From an uncultured Clostridia bacterium (GTDB taxonomy: Bacteria > Bacillota > Clostridia > Christensenellales > Borkfalkiaceae): a DNA stretch of 51,873 nucleotides. The translations under genes were made by a program, and so were the position numbers. The stretch covers positions 1 through 51,873 of the forward strand of contig CAMWLA010000001.1 of the NCBI GenBank assembly GCA_947174975.1, read 5' to 3'. Shown here piece after piece: positions 42,811-50,369 of the stretch (position 1 is its first letter; each line of letters starts with the position of its first letter). Below the pieces are notes generated by a model, which ran no database searches, was not told the origin of the DNA, and was given only the letters and a program-made list of their open reading frames with translations.

Positions 42811-42819
42811 ATTCTAACA
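42811..42819 (-). promoter_or_regulatory. extended -10 promoter upstream of the 54-aa ORF
   Basis: Minus strand reads TGTTAGAAT. It is followed by two AAATATAGTGGA repeats and a nested hairpin before the RBS. Confidence 0.4.
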
Positions 42820-42973
42820 CGGAAAATACGAAAAAAACAATGATTTTGTCGAATAAATTGTACGCTCGTCAAAAGTAGAACTTTTTCGACAAATTCCGAC
42901 AAGCATTATGCTTGACTGTGTATCTTTATTACTCAACCTCGACACGAACAATCCGCAAATCAAACGAAAAGGC

Positions 42974-43921
42974 TTAATAATATGTGGCAACGACTTCTTC
43001 GGGGGGATCTGTCCGTTCGAGTTTAATTGCCGACAGCACGGGGCCTTGCGCGCGGTAAACAGAATTATATTCGTAACCTATCTTCGCGGTAACGGTAAGC
43101 CAGTCGCGCGTGGCAATATCGGACAGCAAATTGTTGCAGTTTACCGCAAAACCGTCGTAGGCGATATCCGCTTCACAGCACGTCATTATATGTCTGCCGA
43201 GGACGATATATCCCTTGGGCACCTTTTTTGAAACAGCAGCCATTCCTTTGAACTTGACGGTTTTATTGATATAGTTTTTCGTGTTCTCCGCCATATCGCG
43301 GTAGAACCACGCAAAATCTCTGTCCTCTATCTCGATTACGGGTGCGTTTATGTCGTAGGGAAGCGGGTCTTCGATTTCGTCAAATTCGGCTTTGCCCCCT
43401 ACATATTCGTAAACTATATCGGGGCGACGCGAAATTCCGCGGACGATTTTGTGGAATTCTTCCTTTTGAAATTCGCCCTTAAAGCGGTTGAAAACTACCA
43501 TCTGCGTCATCTGTATTTTGTCGAAAACAAGCTGGCGCATATTCGCGTTATAGTTTAAAAACGTGTTCGCATCAAAGAAGGTCATCATCTGATTAATGAC
43601 CCAGCTTTCGGGCATTGCGTCGAAAAACTGTTGCAAAAGCCAAGTTCCGTTATATTCTACGATAACCCTTTGCGCCTTGTACTTTTCGGTGATTTTACTT
43701 AAATTTTCTTCAGTCAGCTCGGACGAGTTTTCAAGCGTTACTACCGCAAGATTTTTAATGCCGAACTTTTCGGGCGAATACTCTTCCTCGCCCTCCTCGC
43801 AGATTAAAAGAAGGGTGTTTTCGCCGGTTTCCATTCGCTTATCTTCAAGCGTTTCTTGTATAAACTTCGTCTTGCCCGATTCCAAAAAACCGAGAAAGAG
43901 ATAAACTGATACTTCTTCCAT
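42974..43921 (-). CDS. CobW-like P-loop N-domain fused to a TCC-x-x-D C-terminal domain (DUF1980-C-like)
   Basis: N-terminus VYLFLGFLESGKTKFI...LLLICEEGEEEY parallels the COG0523 G1 and NEFGE regions but lacks CxCC. The C-terminus GRHIMTCCEADIAYDGFAV resembles, from memory, the conserved C-terminal motif of DUF1980/TIGR03943 proteins. Confidence 0.7.
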   Translation of the reverse strand: MEEVSVYLFLGFLESGKTKFIQETLEDKRMETGENTLLLICEEGEEEYSPEKFGIKNLAVVTLENSSELTEENLSKITEKYKAQRVIVEYNGTWLLQQFFDAMPESWVINQMMTFFDANTFLNYNANMRQLVFDKIQMTQMVVFNRFKGEFQKEEFHKIVRGISRRPDIVYEYVGGKAEFDEIEDPLPYDINAPVIEIEDRDFAWFYRDMAENTKNYINKTVKFKGMAAVSKKVPKGYIVLGRHIMTCCEADIAYDGFAVNCNNLLSDIATRDWLTVTAKIGYEYNSVYRAQGPVLSAIKLERTDPPEEVVATYY

Positions 43922-43978
43922 AACCTTACGTTAACGACGTATCTTAACTACTTATCCGATACGCCGATTCTCCTCCCG

Positions 43979-45139
43979 TCAAACTTCAAAAAGCTCTTTT
44001 AATTCTTCTTCGTCTATCTTCGAACCGATTACGCACAGTCTGCCGGTATAAGCGGGACTGCCCTTGCGGATATCGATTTCGCCGGGGATATAGTCGAAGT
44101 GAAGCCAGCCGTCCGTGCCGGCAACGATACCCTTTGCGCGTAAGATAGTACCGAACCTAACCGCGTCCGAAAGCGCGGAGAGGTGAGCTTTGAGCTCGGC
44201 TTCGGTGAACTTTTTGCTCGTTTCAACGCCCCAGCTTGTGAACACTTCGTCCGCATGGTGATGGTGATGATCGTGGTGGTCATGGTCATGATGGTGGTGA
44301 CCCTCGTGCTCATCCTCGTCGTGATGATGGTGACCGTGGCAACACTCATGTTCGTCTTCGTCGTGGTGGTGATGTCCGTGACAGCATTCGTGCCCCTCTT
44401 CGTCATGATGGTGATGATGGTGGCACTCACCGTCTTCATGGTCGTGATGGTGGTGACCGTGGCAGCACTCGTGCTCGTCATCGTTGTCGTGGTGATGGTG
44501 GTGGTGATGCTCTTCACCCAGCTTTTTAAGCTCGCTTTCAAGCGTTTCGGAATGCTCCATAGCAGAAAGAATTTCCTTGCCGTCAAGCTCCAACCAAGGG
44601 GTTGTGACTATGGTTGCGTTTGCGTTGTGTTCGCGCACAAGCTTAACCGCGGTTGCAAGCTTGTCCGCGCTTGTTACGTCTGCATGGCTGAACACTATGC
44701 ACGCGGCGGTTTCAATCTGGTCGTTGAAAAACTCGCCGAAGTTCTTCATATACATTTTGCACTTGCCCGCGTCGACAACCGCAGTGAACGTATTGATTTT
44801 GCAGTCGGCAAGGTGCGCGCTTTCTACCGCGCGGATGACGTCGGAAAGCTTGCCCACGCCCGACGGTTCGATTAAAATGCGGTCGGGGTGATACTCGGCG
44901 TAAACCTTTTTCAAAGCTTCGGCAAAGTCGCCGACGAGCGAACAGCAGATACAGCCCGAATTGAGCTCGTTAATCTTAATGCCCGCGTCCTGCAAAAAGC
45001 CGCCGTCAATTCCGATTTCACCGAACTCGTTTTCGATTAAAACGAGCTTTTCGCCCGCGTAAGCTTCCTTTATAAGTTTTTTGATAAGCGTAGTTTTGCC
45101 CGCGCCGAGAAAACCCGAAAAAATATCGATTTTAGTCAT
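43979..45139 (-). CDS. COG0523 (CobW/YciC/ZigA-type) metallochaperone GTPase with giant His/Cys-rich insert
   Basis: GFLGAGKTTLIKKL Walker A, ENEFGEIGID, metal motif GCICCS, CobW_C-like end. 85-aa insert that is almost entirely H/D/E/C. Confidence 0.88.
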   Translation of the reverse strand: MTKIDIFSGFLGAGKTTLIKKLIKEAYAGEKLVLIENEFGEIGIDGGFLQDAGIKINELNSGCICCSLVGDFAEALKKVYAEYHPDRILIEPSGVGKLSDVIRAVESAHLADCKINTFTAVVDAGKCKMYMKNFGEFFNDQIETAACIVFSHADVTSADKLATAVKLVREHNANATIVTTPWLELDGKEILSAMEHSETLESELKKLGEEHHHHHHHDNDDEHECCHGHHHHDHEDGECHHHHHHDEEGHECCHGHHHHDEDEHECCHGHHHHDEDEHEGHHHHDHDHHDHHHHHADEVFTSWGVETSKKFTEAELKAHLSALSDAVRFGTILRAKGIVAGTDGWLHFDYIPGEIDIRKGSPAYTGRLCVIGSKIDEEELKELFEV

Positions 45140-45215
45140 TACATTACCTCTTTACTTTTTAATTAAATTATAAACAGAAAATCGCAATATCAACCATTGG
45201 TTTAACTATCGGTTT

Positions 45216-45320
45216 CTATGAACAAGCAGTACAACGCGAGTGCGCAAACCGCAAGGGCGCTTACAATGAAGTAAGTAACCGCAGCGGTGCGCAAACTCAA
45301 CACAGTAATGCGAAGTTCAG
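45216..45320 (+). repeat. structured intergenic repeat, type 1, copy C
   Basis: Lies between the terminator of the DUF2188 gene and the COG0523 promoter region. P3 GCTTAC/GTAAGT (loop AATGAA), P2 ACCGC/GCGGT, P1 GAGT/ACTC. Confidence 0.75.
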
Positions 45321-45335
45321 GGGAAGCGACAAACT

Positions 45336-45359
45336 AAAAGCTCGCACAAGCGAGCTTTT
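45336..45359. terminator. terminator after the DUF2188 gene
   Basis: Stem AAAAGCTCGC/GCGAGCTTTT, loop ACAA. Confidence 0.75.
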
Positions 45360-45370
45360 CTGTTTAGTTA

Positions 45371-46126
45371 TTAAACTTCGCGAACGCCGCCGTCCTCTTT
45401 ATGTACGAGGATCTTTTTCTTGCCCGACACCTTTCTTACGTAGTCGATAGCTTCCTTCTGGGTGAAGAAAAGCTTTAACGCCTTTTCACCGCCGTCAAGT
45501 CTTACTTCCCACTTCTTGTCATAGCGTTTGGAAATGTGGTATATCTTTACGTCGTCTTCGTTTCCCGCACCGGCTTTCGCGGTTGCCGTTTTTGCTGCGG
45601 GCTTAGCTGCAGTTTTAGGTTGTTCTTTCTTTTCTGCTGTTGCAGCAGTCTTTGTTTCCTCATTTTTAGCCTTTGCCGTAGTCGACTTTGCCGCGGTTGT
45701 TTTCGCAGCAGCCTTGGGCTCTTCTTTCTTCGCGGTGGTTTTTGCCGCGGTTGTCTTTGTCGAAGCCGACTTCGTTTCAGTTGATTTCGTTGCAGTCGTC
45801 TTTTTTGCGGTTGTGGTTTTCTTCGCCGCGGGTTTCTTTACCGGCTCTTCCTCTACGAGCACGGGCTCGGGTTCTGCTACGGGCTCCGCTACGGGTTCGG
45901 GCTCTGCCGCGACCTCTTCGGTAACCTTTTCCTCTTTGACTTCCTCCGCCTTAACTTCTTCGGCGGGCATAGGCACGGGCTCTGCTGAGTTCTCTTTCGA
46001 TTTATCGCCCTTCTTAACGCAAGCAACGATAATTATTGCCATAAGCAAGCATGCAATTCCGAGAATGATTGCAATCCACGCCCAGTTGGGTATAAGAAAC
46101 ATACTTTCTTTAAACCAGTCTAACAT
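45371..46126 (-). CDS. membrane-anchored protein with K/A/T-rich linker and DUF2188-like C-terminal domain
   Basis: N-terminal TM WAWIAIILGIACLLMAIIIVACV. Histone-H1-like AAKKTTTAKKTTATK repeats. C-terminal YHISKRYDKKWEVRLDGGEKALKLFFTQKEAIDYVRKV...ILVHKEDGGV resembles DUF2188. Confidence 0.7.
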   Translation of the reverse strand: MLDWFKESMFLIPNWAWIAIILGIACLLMAIIIVACVKKGDKSKENSAEPVPMPAEEVKAEEVKEEKVTEEVAAEPEPVAEPVAEPEPVLVEEEPVKKPAAKKTTTAKKTTATKSTETKSASTKTTAAKTTAKKEEPKAAAKTTAAKSTTAKAKNEETKTAATAEKKEQPKTAAKPAAKTATAKAGAGNEDDVKIYHISKRYDKKWEVRLDGGEKALKLFFTQKEAIDYVRKVSGKKKILVHKEDGGVREV

Positions 46127-46153
46127 TTTTCACCTCTGTATTTTTATTTTTTA

Positions 46154-47539
46154 TCAGTTTCTCGTTTTGGTACGGCTGACCGTTCCGCCGGTCAACACTA
46201 TCATTTTAACTGCCGAAGGGGAGAAATCGTCCGCTTCAACGTTCAGCGCCTTGTCCAAAGTTCCGCGTGCAAGCACCTTGATATAGGTTGCTTTTTTATT
46301 AACGGAAGGTACGCGCTTTTTAATTTCTTCGATAGTAACGTCGTCGCCCGCATTGAAATATCTGCTAAGCGTATCGATATTGACAATATCCTTTTTGGTT
46401 TTATCGGAATATCTTTCACTCTCTTGAATAAAGGTTTCGGCAACCTCGTCGGCGATTTCCTCGTCCGCTTCGACTACCGTTATGCTTTCAACGACTTCGG
46501 GATACTGTACTTCTTCCGCAGTCTCTTCTACAACCTCTTCTTCAACCTCGGCGGGTTGCTCATCGGCAACTTCTTCAACGACCTCTTCGATAGGTTCTTC
46601 GACGATTTCTTCTACAACTTCTTCGGCAACTTCTTCCGCCGCCTCTTCAACGGTAGCGACTTCGGAATAGTCGGCTTCCGCAGTAAGTTGTTCATACCTC
46701 TCTTCGGAAATTTCGATTAAGCCCTCTTCCGCGCCTTGAGCGTTTTCTTCAAATTTCAGAAGTTTGACAAGCTTACGCTCGATAAGCGGTTCAAGCTCCT
46801 CGTAAGGGTATCTTGCGACGTAATCTTCCGTCGGGGTGTCGCCCGCCGCAAGTCCGTTTTCCGCCATTAACGCGGAGATAAGGTCCTTCGAATATTTGCA
46901 GCGTCTGTCGTTTTTGATTTTGTAAAGCGAGGGAACGCTTGCGTTATTTGCAACCGACGAAACGTCGTTGATTTTGTATTTGGTGCCGTCATATGCCTTG
47001 GGGTCGAGCGCCAGATACAGACCGAGCGTTTTGCCGCGCATAGAAATTTTCGCAAGCAGTTTTCTGCCGAGCTTGAAGGTTTCGTATCTCCAGCTTGTAC
47101 GCGTTTTTACTTTATAGCGCAAAAGCTCGTTTTTGATTTCGCCGTAATAGCTTTTAATTTTGTCGTCCGACTGAATAAGCTTTGCCGTAAAGCTGCGGTT
47201 GTACCTTACACGTATAAACACCTTGCCGTCGGCTTTAACCGCAACCGGTCTCTCCGCTACGGGTTTAACCTCGGCGGGCGCATTCTGCGCAACTTCTTCC
47301 TTCGGTTCTTCAGCTATAGGTTGAACTTCGGCCTCGGGTTGCGCCGCGATAGGCTGCTCAACAGTCTGAACCTCGGGTTCCGTCCGAACTTCTACCTCGG
47401 GCTGAGCTACGGGTTCGGGCTGCACATCTTCTACGGGTTGAACAACTTCTTCCTTAATGTCAACCGCTTCGGGGACGACTTCAGTCTTAACTTCCGCCGT
47501 CTTATTTTTCTTGCGTTTAAACAATTTGAAAAAACACAT
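46154..47539 (-). CDS. low-complexity protein with C-terminal uL15-like domain
   Basis: The last ~75 aa (IVNIDTLSRYFNAGDDVTIEEIKK...IKVLARGTLDKALNVEADDFSPSAVKMIVLTGGT) align by eye to the C-terminal half of bacterial L15 (VNL..L..F..G..VT.E......KILG.G.L.K.L.V.A..FS.SA......GG). Two acidic E/V/P repeat tracts. Confidence 0.7.
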   Translation of the reverse strand: MCFFKLFKRKKNKTAEVKTEVVPEAVDIKEEVVQPVEDVQPEPVAQPEVEVRTEPEVQTVEQPIAAQPEAEVQPIAEEPKEEVAQNAPAEVKPVAERPVAVKADGKVFIRVRYNRSFTAKLIQSDDKIKSYYGEIKNELLRYKVKTRTSWRYETFKLGRKLLAKISMRGKTLGLYLALDPKAYDGTKYKINDVSSVANNASVPSLYKIKNDRRCKYSKDLISALMAENGLAAGDTPTEDYVARYPYEELEPLIERKLVKLLKFEENAQGAEEGLIEISEERYEQLTAEADYSEVATVEEAAEEVAEEVVEEIVEEPIEEVVEEVADEQPAEVEEEVVEETAEEVQYPEVVESITVVEADEEIADEVAETFIQESERYSDKTKKDIVNIDTLSRYFNAGDDVTIEEIKKRVPSVNKKATYIKVLARGTLDKALNVEADDFSPSAVKMIVLTGGTVSRTKTRN

Positions 47540-47602
47540 AAATTATCGCCTCCTTTGTAAGTTTGAAAGGAAAGGAACATAATTTCCCATATTATTTTAA
47601 TT

Positions 47603-47631
47603 ATTTTATCACATTTTTTTTGCAAGGTCAA
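47603..47631 (-). promoter_or_regulatory. promoter of the uL15-like / DUF2188 operon
   Basis: Minus strand reads TTGACC, 17-nt spacer, extended -10 TGaTAAAAT. Confidence 0.6.
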
Positions 47632-47642
47632 CCGTGGCGCAA

Positions 47643-47673
47643 CAAAAAAAACCGACCGCCGTCGGTTTTTTTA
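47643..47673. terminator. terminator after patB
   Basis: Stem AAAAAAACCGAC/GTCGGTTTTTTT, loop CGCC. Confidence 0.85.
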
Positions 47674-47693
47674 TACAAATTTTTACCAAACCG

Positions 47694-48848
47694 TTATAAA
47701 TTTTGCAGAGCCTTTTTAAGCCTTGCAAGTCCGTCCGCAATCGTCTTGCGGGGACAAGCCACGTTCATACGCAGAAATCCGCGTCCGCTTTCGCCGTATT
47801 CGGCGCCGTCGCAAAGATATAATCCCGTGCTTTTGCGTATGGTTTCCGCCAGCATATCCGCGTTTGAATACGCATTGCAGTCCAGCCACACGAGATACGT
47901 CGCTTCCGACGGAACGACCTTAATTTTAGGCAAGTTTGCTTGGATAAAATCCTTAACGGCTTTCTTATTGTCCGAGATATATTTGCGCAGTTCGTCAAGC
48001 CATTCACCGCCCTCGTTAAACGCCGCAACCGTTGCGCATACCGCGAACGTGTTGGGCTCGGCGACCTCGTCGGTATTTAGCGCGCGGTTGACTTTATTGA
48101 ACAGTCCCTCGTTTTCGGTGAACACCGCGGCGCTTTGAAGCCCCGCAAGGTTAAACGCTTTACTTGCCGATATGCAGGTTACGCTGATTTCGGCGCACTC
48201 TTCGGACGCCGAAGCAAAGGGGGTATATCCCCTTTCGGGCTCGGTTATGTCGCAGTGAATTTCATCCGACAGAACGTTTACGTGATGCTTTTTGCAAAGG
48301 CTTCCGATGCGCGCAAGCGTCTCCCTATCCCATATCTTTCCCACGGGGTTATGCGGGTTGCAAAGTATCATTAACGTGGTTTCGGGCTCGGCAAGCTTTT
48401 TTTCTAAATCGTCCCAGTCTATGCCGTAGCTTTCGCCGTCGTAGCTGAGGGGCGCTTCCAAAACGCGTCTGCCGTTATTTACTATCGAATTAAAGAAAAT
48501 GTTGTATACGGGCGTTTGCACAACGACGTATTCGTGAGGAGTGGTAAGCTTTCTGACAAGCGAAGAAATTGCGGGCACAACTCCCGTGCAGAAAATGAGT
48601 TTGTCCGCGGGTATAGCGTAGCCATGCCGTTTTTTCCACCAGCCCACAATACTTTTATTCCATTCTTCGGGTACGATATTGTAACCGTAAACACCGTGCT
48701 CGGCGCGCTTTTTTATGGCGTCGATTACGGCGGGCGCCGTGCAGAAATCCATATCCGCAACCCACATGGGAAGCTCGTTTTCCGCGATATCCCATTTGAG
48801 GGAAGCCGTATTTCTTCTGTCGGTTATTTTGTCAAAATTATATTTCAT
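47694..48848 (-). CDS. patB: PatB/MalY-type PLP-dependent C-S lyase (cystathionine beta-lyase family)
   Basis: MKYNFDKITDRRNTASLKWD is the characteristic N-terminus. Class I/II aminotransferase fold with SASKAFNLAGL (PLP Lys). Confidence 0.88.
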   Translation of the reverse strand: MKYNFDKITDRRNTASLKWDIAENELPMWVADMDFCTAPAVIDAIKKRAEHGVYGYNIVPEEWNKSIVGWWKKRHGYAIPADKLIFCTGVVPAISSLVRKLTTPHEYVVVQTPVYNIFFNSIVNNGRRVLEAPLSYDGESYGIDWDDLEKKLAEPETTLMILCNPHNPVGKIWDRETLARIGSLCKKHHVNVLSDEIHCDITEPERGYTPFASASEECAEISVTCISASKAFNLAGLQSAAVFTENEGLFNKVNRALNTDEVAEPNTFAVCATVAAFNEGGEWLDELRKYISDNKKAVKDFIQANLPKIKVVPSEATYLVWLDCNAYSNADMLAETIRKSTGLYLCDGAEYGESGRGFLRMNVACPRKTIADGLARLKKALQNL

Positions 48849-49695
48849 TCTTTCCCCGTATAATTATTTTTGTTTTGCCGACGTCGACCTTATCCTTTTC
48901 CAAGATAAGCTCCTTTATTCCGTCGCACACTATGACCCCGCTAAGGGGATTTTTAACGCTGTCTATCTCGCCTACTATATCCGCGTCGATGTCCTTGCAG
49001 TACTCAAAGGAAAGGGTAGTGTTGTTGAGTCTGCAATTTACAAGCTTTAAATTTTCTATGTAACAAAAGCCTTGCAAGCTTTCTATTTCACAGTCGATAA
49101 GCGTAACGTTTTTGCTGTTCCAGCCGAAGTATTCCCCGCTGATTTTAGACTTTATTACGGTCACGTTTTCGCAGTTCCAGAACGCGTCCTTCGTTTCGAG
49201 AACCGAATTGCGGATAGTAACGTTCTTTGCGCCGTCAAAGCCGTAGTCGCCGTGCAATATGAGCTTGTCAACCGTAATATCCGTGCAGTTCATTGCAAAG
49301 TAGTTGCCGGAAACCTCCACGTTTTTTAAGGTGACTTTTTCACATTGCCACAACGTTTCCTGGGCGTTTGGCATATCGCAGTTTTCTATCGTGAGATTTT
49401 TACATCTGCGAAAATTTTTGGGAGCGTTTATCGGGGTGTTTTTTAAAGTAATATTTTCCGTATACCATACGCCCGCCCGCGCGGTTTCCGTCCAAAGACA
49501 ACCTTCAACCTCGATATTTTTCGAATACCACAGCGGATATTTCCAGCCGAAAGTACAGTCGTTAAGTTTTATGTCCGCACTCTCTTTAAGGGGCGATTCG
49601 CCGTCGTCGAACAAGCAGCCGGCAAATATCAAGTCTTTGCCTTGGAATACCGCCCTTTCGCCCGTGAAGTGCTGTTTTGAAATTTTCTTTGCCAT
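48838..49695 (-). CDS. DUF3737-like beta-helix protein
   Basis: 285 aa. FTGERAVFQGKDLIFAGCLFDDGESPLKES...WKYPLWYSKNI with repeated NCxx/NV(T)L turns. Family name from memory. Confidence 0.65.
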   Translation of the reverse strand: MAKKISKQHFTGERAVFQGKDLIFAGCLFDDGESPLKESADIKLNDCTFGWKYPLWYSKNIEVEGCLWTETARAGVWYTENITLKNTPINAPKNFRRCKNLTIENCDMPNAQETLWQCEKVTLKNVEVSGNYFAMNCTDITVDKLILHGDYGFDGAKNVTIRNSVLETKDAFWNCENVTVIKSKISGEYFGWNSKNVTLIDCEIESLQGFCYIENLKLVNCRLNNTTLSFEYCKDIDADIVGEIDSVKNPLSGVIVCDGIKELILEKDKVDVGKTKIIIRGKNEI

Positions 49696-49710
49696 AGCTT
49701 CCTCTTACCG

Positions 49711-50352
49711 TTATTTCGTGCCGAACAGTCTGTCGCCCGCATCGCCTAAACCCGGGCGGATATAGCCGTTTTTATCCAACTCTCTGTCGAGTGCGGAAAG
49801 GTAAATTTTTACGTCGGGGTGGGCGGTTGCCACTTTTTCCACACCTTCGGGGGCGCCGACGATCGCCAAGAACCTAATATCCTTGCAGCCGCGCTTTTTC
49901 AGTGCGTTGAGCGCATCATCCGCCGAGCCGCCCGTCGCAAGCATAGGGTCGACGAGAATAACCGTTTTATCCTCTATACCCTCGGGTAATTTGCAATAAT
50001 ATTCGTTGGGCGTAAGGGTCTTTTCGTCGCGGGATATTCCTATATGCCCCACGCAAGCCGTGGGCAGAATATCGAGTACGCCGTCAACCATTCCGAGACC
50101 CGCGCGCAGTATCGCGACCACGGCAATACTTTTTTCCTTTATCCTATGCTGCACCGTTTTTTCAAGCGGAGTTTCCACCTCTTTAGGAACGAGATTTATA
50201 TCCCGCATACTCTCGCAGGTCATTATTGCGGTAATCTCGCCGATAAGTTCGCGGAACTTTTTCGTTTCCGTACTGCTATCGCGGGCAACCGCAAGTTTAT
50301 GTTTTATGAGCGCATGCTCTAAAACGAATACGTTACTTAGCTTTCTCATCAT
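49711..50352 (-). CDS. upp: uracil phosphoribosyltransferase
   Basis: LEHALIKHKLAVARD, PRPP loop ILVDPMLATGGS, C-terminal YIRPGLGDAGDRLFGTK. The start may be the second ATG at 50349. Confidence 0.93.
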   Translation of the reverse strand: MMRKLSNVFVLEHALIKHKLAVARDSSTETKKFRELIGEITAIMTCESMRDINLVPKEVETPLEKTVQHRIKEKSIAVVAILRAGLGMVDGVLDILPTACVGHIGISRDEKTLTPNEYYCKLPEGIEDKTVILVDPMLATGGSADDALNALKKRGCKDIRFLAIVGAPEGVEKVATAHPDVKIYLSALDRELDKNGYIRPGLGDAGDRLFGTK

Positions 50353-50369
50353 TTTCCCTTATAACACGA

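Noticed and set aside
44029-44875. ORFs 44029-44586 (minus, alternative frame) and 44183-44875 (plus) across the His-rich region.
   Set aside because: They are frame and strand artefacts of the CAT/CAC/GAT repeat tract (poly-T/M/V translations). The COG0523 frame carries all conserved motifs.
45191-45201. AACCA-T-TGGTT dyad near the COG0523 promoter, considered as a Zur box.
   Set aside because: It does not resemble the Firmicutes Zur consensus (TCGTAAT-N-ATTACGA) and is too short to call. It is mentioned only within the COG0523 finding.
45528-46286. 252-aa plus-strand ORF and smaller ORFs opposite the K/A/T-rich DUF2188 gene.
   Set aside because: They are low-complexity antisense shadows. 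The minus-strand frame has a TM anchor, an RBS and a recognisable C-terminal domain.
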